Source: Mobula hypostoma
Taxonomy: Eukaryota
NCBI RefSeq assembly: GCF_963921235.1
Contig: NC_086108.1
Span: 88,166,001-88,230,000 of the forward strand
Length of the DNA stretch: 64,000 bases
Direction of reading: 5' to 3'
In this document: piece by piece, positions 1 to 13,367 of the stretch
Layout of the letters: every line of letters starts with the position of its first letter
How positions within the stretch are numbered: position 1 is the first letter of the stretch
Notes under the pieces: model-generated
Seen by the model: the letters and a program-made list of their open reading frames with translations, nothing else
What the model was told of the DNA's origin: nothing
Database searches by the model: none
Position numbers and translations under genes: made by a program

Positions 1-141
1 CACTGTACCCCACCAATGTCTTTGGTTCTCTCTGGGAACCATCAGGAACAGGTACAATTTAATTTAATCTCCTCTCCTCAAGCTCCAATAATTCTTGGGT
101 ACCCCTGGTTAAGCCGCCATAACCCTTACATTGATTGGTCC
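1..141 (+). pseudogene. Ty3/Gypsy (sushi-like) retrotransposon aspartic protease C-terminal fragment
   Basis: Frame +1 reads HCTPPMSLVLSGNHQEQVQFNLISSPQAPIILGYPWLSRHNPYIDWS, matching the sushi/Gypsy retropepsin ILGxPWLxxHNPxIDW motif. It runs off the left window edge. Confidence 0.8.
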
Positions 142-361
142 ATCCTTGTGAAATACTTCGTTGTCTTGTCCGATTAGAACCGTTAGTTCTAAGTTTAGTT
201 CCAAGTTCAGCTCTAGTTTCCAGATAGTCCCTGTAAATCCCGTCTCCTTGTCAAGATTCCTCCGGGTTGCTGTTCTACATCTACATCTACGCCAGCATCC
301 CCAATTCAGTCGACTTGCCGGTGTCCTGCACTTGGGTTCTCCTCAGTCACCCCGTGCAACA
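142..361 (+). mobile_element. 3' part of a Gypsy-type LTR
   Basis: Ends ...gtgtcctgcacttgggttctcc...gtgcaACA, resembling the 3' end of the solo LTR at 600-1575. It directly follows the protease remnant. Confidence 0.55.
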
Positions 362-599
362 TTCAAATTTATTTATCAACTGTACTTCAAAACATACATT
401 GAAATATATCATTTGTATTAACAACTAACATACCCAAGGTGTGCTGTTGGTGGACTGCAAGTGTCACCATACATTCTGGTGTCAACATAACATACTCAGA
501 TTGCTCGGCAGAATAACAAAGAGAAAAAAAAACTGAACATAACAAGCGATACACCAAAAACATCAAAACAAGCTGCAGGAGATTATTAGATCTCATTCC

Positions 600-1575
600 T
601 GTCATGGTCCAGTCCGTGAGGTCCGCATTCTGGTTCCCGGTCTGGTCCATCGATCTTTGTTCCAGGTTTTCTTGTTTTCTCCCTTGTTCTGTTGGGAGCC
701 TTAATTGAGGCAACTTATTCTCATTTCACTCTGGCACATAATACCTCTGCAAACCAGGGATTGTTGGCTGCACTGTTCCCTTCCTTCTGAAACCTTCGCC
801 TGAAACCTCATCAGTATCCTCGTCAATTTCAATTGCCGGAGTGAGACCAGAGCATCGCCACGCCAAGATAAGGAACTATCTATTGTTGAGTTTTGAACTG
901 TCTCTTTGTGCCCCAGTGTTTAGTGTCCATGTCAAAGAAGAGTCCTGGCCCTTTGTCCTGTGCTCCCCAAGGAGGGGTCCCGGCTCTGTGTTCTGTGTTC
1001 TGTGTTCCGGTGCTCAAATCCAAGGCTCTGTGTTCCTGTGTTCCTGTGTTCCAAGTTCAAGTCCAGGCGTCATGTTCCAGCTCTATCCAAGTCTGAGCTT
1101 CATGTCCTTGCCCAGCCTAGGAGTACCTCACCCAGCCCAATGCTGGAGTTCCCTCATCCTGTGCAAGCCACATCCAAGAACCTCGTCCAGTTCATGTGCT
1201 AGTCCTGTGCAGGAGTTCCATGTCCTGTCCTGTGGCCACGTCGTGTCCTTGCCAAGATCCTAGTCCCAAGTCCTAGCCTAGGCCTGGATTCAGGCTCCGA
1301 GTCCCAACCAAGACCCAGGTTCCGGGTCCTTGTCCAGACTCTGGTTTTGGAGTTCCGAGTTCCTAGTCTAGCTCCTCGTTCCACATCCAGGTCCTGTGCT
1401 TCTAGCCCAAGTCCTAGCCCAGGCCCTGAATCCTAGTCTCGTCCAGGGTCTGTGTCAATGTCCAGCGTCGTTTCTTCCTTGCTCACCTTGCTATCTCAAT
1501 AACCCTAGTCCTGTTCCTAGTACTTCAGTGTCTGTGTCTTGCACTTGGATCTGCCATCAATGCCCACTTGTAACA
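600..1575 (+). mobile_element. Solo LTR (Gypsy-like) with 5-bp TSD
   Basis: Starts TGTCA (600) and ends TAACA (1575). Flanked by ATTCC at 595-599 and 1576-1580. Interior has low-complexity gtcct/ctgtgtt repeats. Confidence 0.85.
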
Positions 1576-2019
1576 ATTCCTCCTGCCGGCAGAGTCCTCC
1601 AAAACCTGCTAACAACTCACTGACTGGGGGCACCAGTCCTTGTCCGTGCTGTTCTGCTGGCCCAATATCCGATACCCGACCACAGGTGTCCCACGTCTGC
1701 GTCACTGGCCTTCAAATGCAGTGTAGAGGCTTAGACTCTGACCTAATCTAAAAGACAACTAAATATGAGCCGTGACCCAACAGAGATAGAAACTCAGCGC
1801 CAACACACCCTCCACAATGTTCTTATCTTCCTGAACATATGTACAAGCCTATGTACAAGCCTCTTAAATGCCTATAGTCATAGAGCAATACAGCATGTTT
1901 AACGCCCTTCCGCCCAGCAATGTTGCCTTTCCATCCTGTCCCAATTTCCAGTGGCCTGTATCCCTCTAAGCTCTGTCCCGTTGATTTTACCCCCCTCACC
2001 TTAAACGCATATCCTCTGA

Positions 2020-2240
2020 CCACGTGAGTTTTGCCTGGCAAGGCCAATTGGTCAATATGAATTGCTTCAAGAATGTAGATGATTGGTAGATTTTGGAGTG
2101 TGGGGGTTGGGGTAAAGGGGACTTGATGATATAATGGAGAGAATAAAACATGGCATTTATGTATGATTAGTGTTAAAGGGTGGTGGAGAGTCAGTAGGGA
2201 CTCAGTGGGCTGAACGGCCTTTTTCTGTACTGTATGTCCA
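2020..2240 (+). mobile_element. Decayed SINE body with CR1-like 3' tail
   Basis: Tail gactcagtgggctgaacggcctttttctgtactgtat resembles the CR1/SINE 3' ends found elsewhere in the window. Confidence 0.5.
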
Positions 2241-4488
2241 GATAACTCTATACTATCCATAAGTTGAAATGATGGGATATAAGTTCACATCCTATTGAGC
2301 TTTCAGTCCAGTGACAGAACCCCAATGGGTTGCCATACCATTTTACCTGCTTCTTTTGAAGATCCCATGTGTGAATCTGTCATGCCTTCCTTATGAGTGA
2401 GTTACTAGCGACAAACCAGATGTAGCAAGTTGTTCAGAGCATATGCATGGTCTGTTCCATGGATTACAAGGTCTAACATCAACTTCACTTTCGAGTTGAG
2501 ATCCACGTCAAGTTCAAGTGATAGTTAGCCACAATGGAAAATGGTGCTCAGCCTCAGCAAGTAGATTCAGACAATATACAGAACATAATTTATACATGAA
2601 TTATACAATATACTGAAGCAAGATATTAGTGCAAAAAAGCCAGAATCAAAGACAAGTCCATGGTAGTGCAAGAGTATTGTTCCATTGCTGAGCTAGGATT
2701 AGGGTTGTGCAGGTCGGTTCAAGACCTGATGGCCATAGGAAAGGAACTGTTCCATTTCATTGGATCATCATACAGCTCTGGAACCCCTGGACAATAAAGA
2801 TGTATATATCAGCATGCTGTTCATTGACTACGGCTCAGCATTTAACACTATCATCCCCTCAAAACACATCAATAAACTTCAAGACCTGGGCCTCGACTTC
2901 CTCACATACAGACCCCAGTCAGTATGTGCTGTTAACAGTATCTCCTCCACCATCACCGCATGTGCTAAGCTCCCTGCTTTACTCAGCTGATGACACCAAA
3001 TTTGTTGTTGGTCCAATCAAAAGTGGTGATGAATTGGCTTATAGGAGGGATATTGAAAATCTGTTTGAACGATGCCACAACAACAACCTCTCGCTGAATG
3101 TCAGAAAAACTAAAGAGCCGGTTATTGAGTACAGGAGGAAGAAACCAGAAGTCCATGAGCCAGTCCTCATCAGGGCATCGGAGGTGGAGAGGATCAGTAG
3201 TTTTAAATTCCTTGGCATTATCACATCAGAGGATCTGTCCTGGAACCAGCGATTAATTGAGATCACAAAGATGACAGTGCCTCTACTTTCTTAGAAGTGT
3301 GTGAGATTTGGCATGTCATCAAAACCTTTGACAAACTTCTATAGATGTATAAGACCATAAGATACAGGGGCAGAAGTAGGCCATTCAGTCCATCGAGCCC
3401 GCTCCACCATTCAATTATGGGCTGATCCAATTCTTCCAGTCATCCCCACTCCCCTGCCTTTCCCCATGCTCATCGACGCCCTGGCTAATCAAGAACCTAT
3501 CTACCTCTGCCTTAAATGCACCCAATGGCTTGGCCTCCATAGCCTCTTGTGGCAACAAATTCCACAGATTTACCACCCTCTGACTAAAGTAATTTCTCCT
3601 CATTCTGTTCTAAATGGACATCCTTCAATCTTGAAGTTGTGCCCTCTTGTCCTAGAATCCCATACCATGGAAAATAATTTTGCCATATCTAATCTGTTAA
3701 GGCCTTTTAACATTTGGAATGTTTCTATGCAATCTCCCCTCATTCTCCTAAACTCCAGGGAATACAGCCCACGAGCAGCCAAATACGGTTAGCCTCATAC
3801 GGTAACCCTTTCATTCCTGGAATCATTCTCGTGAATCTTCTCTGAACTCTCTCCAATGTCAGTATACCCTTTCTAAAATAAGGAGCCCAATACTGCACAC
3901 AATACTCCAAGTGTGGTCTAATGAGTGCTTTATAGAGCCTCAACATCACATCCCTGCTCTTATATTCAATACCTCTAGAAATGAATGCCAACATTGCATT
4001 CGCCTTCTTCACCGCAGACTCAACCTGGAGGTTAACCTTCAGGGTATCCTGCACAAGGACTCCCAAGTCCCTTTGCATCTCTGCATTTTGAATTCCCTCC
4101 CCATCTAAATAATAGTCTTCCCATTTATTTCTTCCACCAAAGTGCATGGCCGTACTCTTTCCAACATTGCATTTAATTTGCCACTGCTTTGCCCATTCCC
4201 CTAAACTATCTAAGTCTCTCTGCAGGTTTTCTGTTTCTTCAACACTACCCACTCCTCCACTTATCTTTGTATCATCGGCAAATTTAGCTACAAATCCACT
4301 AATCCCATAGTCCAAATCATTGACATACATCATAAAAAAGCAGCAGTCCTAACACCGACCCCTGTGGAACTCCATTGGTAACCGGCAGCAGCCAGAACAG
4401 GATCCCTTTATTCCAACTCTCTGTTTTCTGCCGATCAGCCAATGCTCCACCCATGCTAGTAACTTCCCTGTAATATCATGGGCTCTTA

Positions 4489-6207
4489 AGACCATAAGAC
4501 CATAAGACAAAGGAGCAGAAGTCGGCCATTCAGCCCATCAAGTCTGCTCCACCATTTTATCATGAGCTGATCCATTCTCCCATTTAGTTCCACTCCCCCG
4601 CCTTCTCACCATAACCTTTGATGCCCTGGCTACTCAGATACCGATCAATCTCTGCCTTAAATACACCAAATGACTTGGCCTCCACTGCTGCCTGTGGCAA
4701 CAAATTCCATAGATTCACCACCCTCTGACTAAAAAAATTTCTTCGCATTTCTGTTCTGAATGGGCGCCCTTCAATCCTTAAGTCATGCCCTCTCGTACTA
4801 GACTCCCCCATCATGGGAAACAACTTTGCCACATCCACTCTGTCCATGCCTTTCAACATTCGAAATGTTTCTATGAGGTCTCCCCTCATTCTTCTAAACT
4901 CCAAGGAATACAGTCCAAGAGCGGACAAACGTTCCTCATATGTTAACCCTCTCATTCCCGGAATCATTCTAGTGAATCTGCTCTGTACCCTCTCCAACGT
5001 CAGCACATCCTTTCTTAAATAAGGAGACCAAAACTGCCCACAGTACTCCAATTGAGGTCTCACCAGTGCCTTATAGAGCCTCAACATCACATCCCTGCTC
5101 CTATACTCTATTCCTCTAGAAATGAATGCCAACATTGCATTCGCCTTCTTCACTGCTGACTCAACCTGGAGGTTAACTTTAAGGGTATCCTGTACGAGGA
5201 CTCCCAGGTCCCGTTGCATCTTGGAACTTTGAATTCTTTCCCCATTTAAATATAGTCTGCCCATTTATTTTTTCTGCCAAGAGCATAACCCTGCACTTTC
5301 CAACATTGTACTTCATTTGCCACTTCTCTGCCCATTCTTCCAATCTATCCAAGTCTCTCTGCAGACTCTCCATTTCCTCAGCATTCCTGGCCCCTCCACC
5401 TATCTTCATATCATCAGCAAACTTAGCCACAAAGCCATCTATTCCATAATCCAAATCGTTGATGTACAATGTAAAAAGAAGCAGCCCCAACACGGACCCC
5501 TGTGGAACACCATTGGTAACCAGCAGCCAACCAGAATAGGATCCCTTTATTCCCACTCTCTGTTTCCTGCCAATCAGCCAACACTCTATCCATGTATGTA
5601 ACTTTCCCGTAATTCCATGGGCTCTTATCTTGTTAAGTAGCCTCATGCGTGGCACCTTGTCAAAGGCCTTCTGAAAATCCAAATATACAACATCCACTGC
5701 ATCTCCCTTGTCTAGCCTACTTGTAATTTCCTCCAAAAATTGTAATAGGTTTGTCAGGCAGGAATTTCCTTTAAGGAATCCATGCTGAGTTCTGCCTATC
5801 TTGTCATATGCCTCCAGGTACTCTGTAACCTCATCCTTGACAATCGACTCCAACAACTTTCCAACCACCGATGTCAAGCTAACAGGTCTATAATTTCCTT
5901 TTTGCTTCCTTGCCCCCTTCTTAAATAGCGGAGTGACATTTGCAATCTTCCAGTCCTCCGGAACCATGCCAGAATCTATCGACTTTTGAAAGATCATCGC
6001 TAATGCCTCCGCAATCTCCACAGCTACTTCCTTCAGAACACGCGGGTGTATTCCATCTGGTCCAGGAGATTTATCTAACTTTAGACTATTCAGCTTCCTG
6101 AGTACTTTCTCTGTCATAATTGTGACTGTGCACACTTCTCTTCCCTGCCACCCTTGAGTGTCTGGTATACTGCTGATGTCTTCCTCAGTGAAGACTGATG
6201 CAAAATA
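4489..6207 (-). mobile_element. CR1-type LINE copy B nested in copy A
   Basis: ORFs 5179-6135 and 4584-5264 form one RT with a single frameshift (GVPQGSVLG, KFADD). Tail reads as accataag repeats on +. TSD CTCTTA at 4483-4488 / 6208-6213. Confidence 0.92.
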
Positions 6208-6700
6208 CTCTTATCTTGCTAAGCAGCCTCACGGGTGGCACCTTCTCAAAGGCCTTCTGAAAATCCAAGTGCATCACAACCACTGTTTCTCCTTTAACTA
6301 CCTTGCTTGTAATTTCCTCAAAAAATTGCAGTAGTTTAGTCAGGCAGGATTTTCCTTTCAGGAAACCATGGCCTATCTTGTCATTTGCCTCCAGGTACTC
6401 TGTAATCTCATCCCTAACAATCGATTCCAACAACTTCCCAATCACTGATGTCAGGCTAACAGATCTATAATTTCCTTTCTGCTGCCTCCCTCCCTTCTTA
6501 AATAGCGGAGTAACATTTGCAGTTTTCCAGTTATCCAGTACAATGTCAGAATCTATCAATTTTTGAAAAATCATTGTTAATGCCTCTGCAATCTCTCCAA
6601 CTACTTCCTTCAGAACCCAAGGGTGCATTCCATCAGGTCCAGGAGATTTATCCACCCCTAGACCATTAAGCTTCCTGAGCACCTTCTCAGTCGTAACTTT

Positions 6701-7364
6701 CTTTTCAATCTTTTTATTAATTTCAGCATCATAAACATTACAAAAAATAGATACAGAGAAATTGGGATTACATTATTGATAAATAGTTTATACAAGTATG
6801 AGCTCAATTGATATATAATTGATGAGCCTCCCAAAATCTCAGATAGTACAAATATAATATTGGAAAATATAAGGTGAAAATATAAAAATAACATGAAAAA
6901 AGAAAACAAAATTATACCCCAAAAGAAAAAAAATCTAACCCGATTAAAAGAAAACTAAACTAAACTAAAGAAAAAAAAAGAAAAAGAATGGGCTATTATG
7001 ATACCTCAGATAAGACCATTGGTGTCATTGACTCCGCTCTTCTTCCTGAATATGGAGTAACAAAATAGAATTGGAAAGGGTCAAATTACATCATATGAAA
7101 ATATTGAATAAATGGTCTCCAAATCTCTTCAAATTTAATAGAAGGGTCATAAATGACACTCCTAATTTTTTCTAAATTCAAGCAAGACATAGTTTGAGAA
7201 AACCATTGAAATGTAGTAGGAGGATTAATCTCTTTCCAATTCAATAATATGGATCTTTTAGCCATTAGCATAACAAAAGCAATCATCCAACAAGCTGAGG
7301 GGGTCAGATGGTGTTGTTCTATCATTGGTAAACCAAAGATTGCAGTGATAGGATGAGTTTGTTT
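6701..7364 (-). mobile_element. L1-clade LINE 3' fragment nested in CR1 copy A
   Basis: ORF2 C-terminus AKRSILLNWK...LNLEKIR...FEEIWRPF, AT-rich 3'UTR, and a 14-bp TSD TCAGTCGTAACTTT at 6687-6700 / 7365-7378. Confidence 0.85.
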
Positions 7365-9064
7365 TCAGTCGTAACTTTAACTGCACATACTTCACTTCCC
7401 TGACACTCTTGAATATCTGGTATACTCCAGATGTCTTCCACTGTGAAGACTGATGCAAAATACACATTCAGTTCCTCTGTCATCTCTTCGTCTCTCATTA
7501 CAATATCTCCAGCGTCATTTTCTATTGGTCCTATATCTACTCTTAACTCTTTTTTTCCCTTTATATACTTAAAAAAGCTTTTAGTATCTTCTTTGTATAG
7601 TAGAGAGAATGATAACTTGTTGCATCACCAACTATAATGGAAACACCAACGCTCAGGAATGGAAATATCTACAGAGGGTGGCGCATACAGGCTAGTCCAT
7701 CACTGGCAAAACCATTGACCACATTCACCTGGAGTACAGCCACAGGAAAGCAACATCCATTGGTAAGGACTCCCACCATTCAGGCCATGCTTTCTTCTCA
7801 GGAGGTAATAAAGTTGTAGGTCTCACACCACCAGGTTTGGGATCAGTTATTACATTACAGCCATAAGGCTCCTGAGTTGGTCAACTTCACTCACAATTAC
7901 TCTGAACTGATTCCACAATCTATTCTTCACTACTCATGGTCCCAGTTTTTTTTATTTGCAAGTTTGTCATTTGCATATTGGTTGTTTGCCAGTCTTTGTG
8001 TGTAGTTTTTCATAAATTCTACCGTAATTCTTTATTTTCCTGTAAATGAATCTGAAGGTCGTATATGGTAACATATATATATTTTGATAATAAATTTTAC
8101 TTTGAATGTTTTGTATTTGATCTTTGAACCGAATGATGTGAGACTTCATGCTTCAACACCTCTTGCCCAATGGTAGCAACGAGAATAGGGCATGACCCAG
8201 ACGGTGGGGATACTCATTGATAGATGCTGCCTCCTTTGAGGCAATGTACTTTCAAAGGTGGGCAGCACGTAGGATGGACCAGGCTGTATCTACTACGCTT
8301 TTCAGCCTTTTCCATTCCTGTGCATTTTATTTGCCAGGATGCAACTAGTCAGGATAGTTTTTGAGCCTGTCTTACTGACTTTCAGAAATTGCTGGAGCTG
8401 ACTATGGTCAAAGTTAAATTAATTATATATTTGTGGAACTAAATCAATTGTACGTATTTCCATAAAAAGTCTGATATTATCTGGTTTAGATAACAAGAGG
8501 CAACTATCCAAACTGATGCTGTGCACGAATGTGATTACTCCCAGTGGGGAATGGCACTGTTGGGTATGGAAGTTTCAGTTAGGAAACTGGGTGTGTTTTC
8601 ATTTTAATTAGATTTTCATTCTGTTTCAGGTGACAGAAAAGGAAATGAGATCCAGTTGCTGCTTGGAAATTGCAATTTCCCGTGGTATGTAAATAAACTA
8701 TTCTCAGGCTTCTGATCAGATAATGCAAATGATTAAACAAACCAGAGGCTGGTGAGATAAATGTGGCATTAATATATCACTCGTCAAAAGCAATTAGAAC
8801 ATTGGAACTAAGCAGTAAATGAAAAGGATATGAGTTTTAGTTAGAATTCCTTTATTAACCCACAATTGTTTCAAAATCAGAATCAGAATACTTAGTTTAA
8901 ATTAGGTTATCTCCTGGAATTGCACGGAATGAACAGTACAGAATCAGTCCGTTTGCTTTACCTGGCCCGGTATCTTCACTTAATTAATCAACAATTTTCA
9001 GATGCTTCATCAGTGGACATCCCTTTGTCATAATGTGACAAGTGGCTCCATTTACTATTAAAAT

Positions 9065-9322
9065 TCCAGAGGAACTCATCAGGTCAGGTAACATTTAAAT
9101 AATCGATGTTTCTGGCCGAGGTGAGCACAATGTTAGAGGAACTCAACAGGTCTGGCAATGTCTATGGAGAGGGAAAAAACAGTTCATGTTTCAGGCTGAA
9201 ATGAAGGGTCTCGGCCTGAAGCATCGACTGTATATTCCTCTCCACAGATGTTGCCAAACCTGGTGAGTTCCGTCAACATTATGTGTATTGCTCTGGATTT
9301 CCAACATCTGCAGAATCTCTTG
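9065..9322. mobile_element. Short Penelope-derived palindromic element (decayed, partly duplicated)
   Basis: Arms ggaactcaacaggtctggcaatgtctatggag and ctccacagatgttgccaaacctggtgagttcc, a decayed hammerhead core, and the tail tttccaacatctgcagaatctc. Confidence 0.7.
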
Positions 9323-10374
9323 CATAAGGTTCAGCTCATAAACTTAAGCCTGAAATCAAAGCAGCAGACAGACCTAAATATTCCTGCTTCATTTAAAGAA
9401 ATATTACTTTCCTGGTCTTAGATTTAATCAAGGCCTTTGCAACTTATCCAGAGACTTGTGTTGATATGTAGCTTTGTCAGAGAATATAAAAAAACTTCCT
9501 CTTAGTTACATAAATCTTCTTTTTACAACAGTGAAGCAAAGGGTCCATCAAAAGTATATTTACTCCACACTCTTTCATCTACAACTGGAGAACACAGGGT
9601 CAAAATATTATTTCTATCGCTGTAACAATCTGTATTTCAGTTTGAATGATAAATTAGTGTTAATCGTCTTATTGGGATATACAGGCAGCAGACATTGAAG
9701 AAGTTGTCAGTAACTTCTGCTGAAGTCTGATAATTGTCATCTCCTCCTTCTCATCAAGGCCTCTCATTGTGATTAAAAATTAATGGTATAGGAGGGAGTG
9801 GACAGCTTAAGAGGAATTTTTATGCAAACACTTCTGCAATTATCTCTACTGAGCAAGGTGAGATCTTCGTGGTGCTTGTGTTTGGATTACAATACGATTG
9901 TTTGGCTAGGGTACAAAACTACTCTTCTCTGGTTAAACTATTAAGTCAGCTGATAGTCATTAATCCATGCAAATTCCAGGTGAACTTCTCTGCTTCCTCT
10001 CCAAAGTAACCATAACTTTCCCATAATGTGGCAACCATAACTGCATGTGAAACTCCAGATGTAGGCTAACCAATGTATTATACTGCTGCAGCATGTCCTC
10101 CCAACTTTTTTATTCTATGGTCTGACCGATGAAGTCAAGCATTCCCATTAGTGGACACAGTTGTTACTACCCTATCCACTAGTAATGCCACTTTTAGGAA
10201 GCTTTGGACTTTCACCTCAAGCTCTCTGTATACATCAATGCCATTTATAGCCTCTAGAATGCCAAATTCTGGGCTCTGAGATCGTCATTATTAAGATGAG
10301 AATTTATTTCCCACCCTTAATTACTCTTGAGATCTGCCCTTACTGAACAACTGCAGCCCTTCTGATGAAGGTAG

Positions 10375-11055
10375 ACTAGATTATGAGAACACACAGTCCT
10401 CTTTTATTGTCATTTAGAAATGCATGCATGCATTAAGAAATGATACAATGTTTCTCTGGAGTGATATCACAGAAAACAGGACAAACCAAAGACTAACACT
10501 GACAGAACCACATAATTATAATATATAGTTACAGCAGTGCAAAGCAATACCATAATTTGATGAAGAACAAACCATGGGCACGGTAAATAAAGTCCCAAAA
10601 GTCCCTGAGTTGATTGACTCCCGAGTCCCCGAAAGTGGCGGCAAAAGGGAGAAACTCCCTGCCATAAACCTCCAGGCACCGTCAACTTGCCGATGCCTTG
10701 GAAGCAGCCAACCACAGCTGACACTGAGTCCATCCGTCCGAAAACTTCGAGCTTCCGACCAACCTCTCCGATACAGCCTCCCGAGCTCCATCCTCTGCCG
10801 AGCGCCTTCAACCTCACCCCCGCTGCTGAAACACACAAAGCCGAGGTTTCAGAGCCTTCTGCTCCGGAGATTCTGGTTACCACACAGTAGCAGCGGCAGT
10901 GAAGTGGGCATTTCAGAAGTTTTCCAGATGTTCCTCCGTACTGTCACGTCTGTCTCCATCAAATCAGGATTGTGCACGGTCCCCTACTTGACAGATAACA
11001 GACATCACCACCGAAGTGGCTGCGCGTGCTGCCGTCGCGCCATCATCTTCTCCTT
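10375..11055 (-). mobile_element. Non-autonomous ~680-bp retroelement, here called family X (copy 1)
   Basis: Minus strand starts gaagatgatggcgcgacg and ends aaatgacaataaaagaggactgtgtgttctcataatc. Homologous to 38871-39425 and 48778-49427. Confidence 0.75.
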
Positions 11056-11698
11056 GCATTGTAGGTTCTCCACAATGGTGTTGGAGAGGAAGTTTGAGGA
11101 CTTTGACCCAGCAATGAAGACAAACTTGCAATATAATTCCAAGTTTGGCTGGGTGACAACTTGGAGAGATCCTTTTATGGTGTTTCCATATTTGAGGACG
11201 GATAGTTGCTGGCAAGTCCTGGAACGTCCACATTCTGCGAACAAATGCATTGAACAAGTCTGTGTATTGTGTTGAGGTCACTTTTATTGGCACACCTTGG
11301 AAATACTTTGAAAAAAAAGTATTTCTCATTCTTTCACTCAGGGAACCTAGAAACAAAAAGCAGTTGATTTTGTACCCATTTCCTGTTTCTCCTGAAGGCA
11401 CAGATTCATGCTGGCTTAATTTTTTATGCACATCATTCAATTTGCCATTCTGAATGTCAGTCTAACAGTAGGCACATCAAATAAAAGTCACAAGTAGCAA
11501 TGAATTTATGAAAACTTTCCATTCAGGTTAAGTTGCTTTTTGTACAGGGCAGTCAGAAAAAGAAAAATCCCTGCAAGCATCTGGAATCTGAAGCGTAATA
11601 TACCTAAATCAATTTATCTGCTCTTTGAACTCTTCAAGTGAGCATCAGTTTCCATTCATAGGAAATTATATAGGCCAGACTAGTAATCAATTAAAGAA

Positions 11699-11853
11699 CT
11701 CAGCAGGCCAGGCAGCATCTACTGAAAGGAGTAAACAGTCGATGTTTCAGGCCAAGACTCAGTTTACTGTTTTCAATAGATGCTGTTGAGTTTCTCCAGC
11801 ATTTTGTGTGTGATGCTTTGGATTATAAGCATCTTGCAGATTTTCTCATACTT
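11699..11853. mobile_element. Short Penelope-derived element with 13-bp TSD
   Basis: TSD ATCAATTAAAGAA at 11686-11698 / 11854-11866. Arms are homologous to the PLE terminus. Confidence 0.75.
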
Positions 11854-13330
11854 ATCAATTAAAGAATATCTTTGAGGGCCACCCTAGTTGATCGTGGTGC
11901 CATGAAAGTGTATATCCTAGGTGCCAATAGTAATGTTTTTCTTATGAGTGCACACAAAGCTGGAGAAATTTCAGAATTCTGGTGCATTCAGCGATACTAA
12001 ACTATGTTAATTCCCATCATGTTTGAACATCTCAAGACAAAAGAAAGGCAAAAGATTAGCTTTAATTGCCACTTGCTCAGCATACAAGAGTAGAAGAGCT
12101 TCTAGGGCTTGATGTTTCAATACCAAGCAGTGGGCTTAGAGTGGTGACCAGGAGAGTAGGTATGTCATCGGGGTCATCAGGTGGGCACCCTCCTTCTTTG
12201 ATGTTTCGTTGATAAGCCCACGACGTCTCCAGAGGGCTCACCGGTGCTACCTGCCGTCCCAGGTCACCCCCCTCAGTTCCACACTGTCCTGTCTTCATCT
12301 TGTAGCCCAGTTGTTGTCTTTCCTTTTAATCCAAATCCAATTGCTGCTTTTTTCTGCTGCATTTGACAAGGACTTGATTGCTTGCTGGAGGGAGTGACCC
12401 CTCACCCCATCTTCTTCAATAGACTGGTCGTAGATGTAGCAACAAATCCCTTGCATCCCACTTCTACAGGGAAAATCTTGGTCTTCCAGCCATTCTGGGC
12501 AGCTTCAGTTGCCAGTTCAGAGTACTTGGTCTTTTTCCTCTCATAAGCTTCTTCAGCACCATCTTCCCATGGTACTGTCAATTCCACAACATATGCCAGC
12601 TTGGCTGTTGTGGACCACAGGACCATGTCTGGCCATAGTGTTGTAGCGCAATGTCTGGGGGAAACACAAGCTTTTTTTCTAAGTCCATGTCCATTTTCCA
12701 ATCCCGAGCAACCTGCAGAATTCTTACATTTTTTGATGTTATACGGTGCTCTGGAGGTTGGCCTGCTGGTACAAATCGTGTGATGTGGACATTTCCTGCT
12801 GATGTTTGTGGGAGAGCATTTGTGGTGATTCGCCTCTGTTCCAAGATTGATGCCAGCTGTCTGAGAACTTGGTTATGCCACAAAGTGTACCGCCCCTGGG
12901 TGAGGCTCGTAGTGCATCCTGTTAAAATGTGCCTTAGTGATGCAGGTGCTTGACAAAGAGAGCAAGCGGGGTCTTCTCCTCACCACTGGTTCAGGTTCTG
13001 GGGTGTGGGTAGGAGGTCATAAGTGGCTCTGATGACAAAACTTAGCCGAGATCCCTCCATCTCCCAGATGTCACGCCAGCTAAGTTTCCTCTTTCCTAGG
13101 CTCTCCTAGTTAGTCCAGTGGCCCTGCTTGGCCATTGAGATGACCCTGGTGTGTCACTCTGCCTCCTCCTGTCTTCTCAGCTCCTCCACCACAAGCCGTC
13201 TCTTCTGCACTGATGTTGCCTTGTGCCACTGAGGAGGTTTTGGGACAAGTCCGAGCCCGGCACTCCCATCAACACACATCAAAGTTGCTGGTGAACGCAG
13301 CAGGCCAGGCAGCATCTCTAGGAAGAGGTA

Positions 13331-13367
13331 CAGTCGACGTTTCAGGCCGAGACCCTTCGTCAGGACT
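13331..13367 (-). ncRNA. Minimal type I hammerhead ribozyme motif
   Basis: Reverse complement reads agtc-CTGACGA-agggtctcggcct-GAAA-c-GTC-gact. Helix I is agtc/gact and the core is intact. Confidence 0.8.

Larger units (their letters stand above)
3352..7593 (-). mobile_element. CR1-type LINE, 5'-truncated (copy A: 3352-4488, 6208-6700, 7365-7593)
   Basis: ORFs 3740-4333 (KFADDTK, RPHLEYCVQ) and 6185-6682 (KSPGPDGMHP, NYRSVSLTS, LDFQKAF). 3' tail at 3352. TSD TGTATA. Confidence 0.9.
2760..8110 (+). mobile_element. Rex1/Babar-type LINE fragment (2760-3351 and 7594-8110), split by nested insertions
   Basis: RT peptides [19 protein letters not shown] and NNLSLNVRKTKE...FKFLGI. The sequence resumes at 7594 after the TSD TGTATA (3346-3351 / 7594-7599). 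Confidence 0.8.

Noticed and set aside
1..141. Domesticated PEG10/RTL1-like gene
   Set aside because: The motif is shared with sushi retrotransposons, and the frame is truncated into LTR sequence.
841..1751. Cluster of Cys/Ser/Pro-rich ORFs
   Set aside because: These arise from the low-complexity interior of the solo LTR.
10574..11275. 233-aa ORF as a host gene
   Set aside because: It lies antisense across a family X repeat and runs into another old repeat. It is not preserved in the other two copies.
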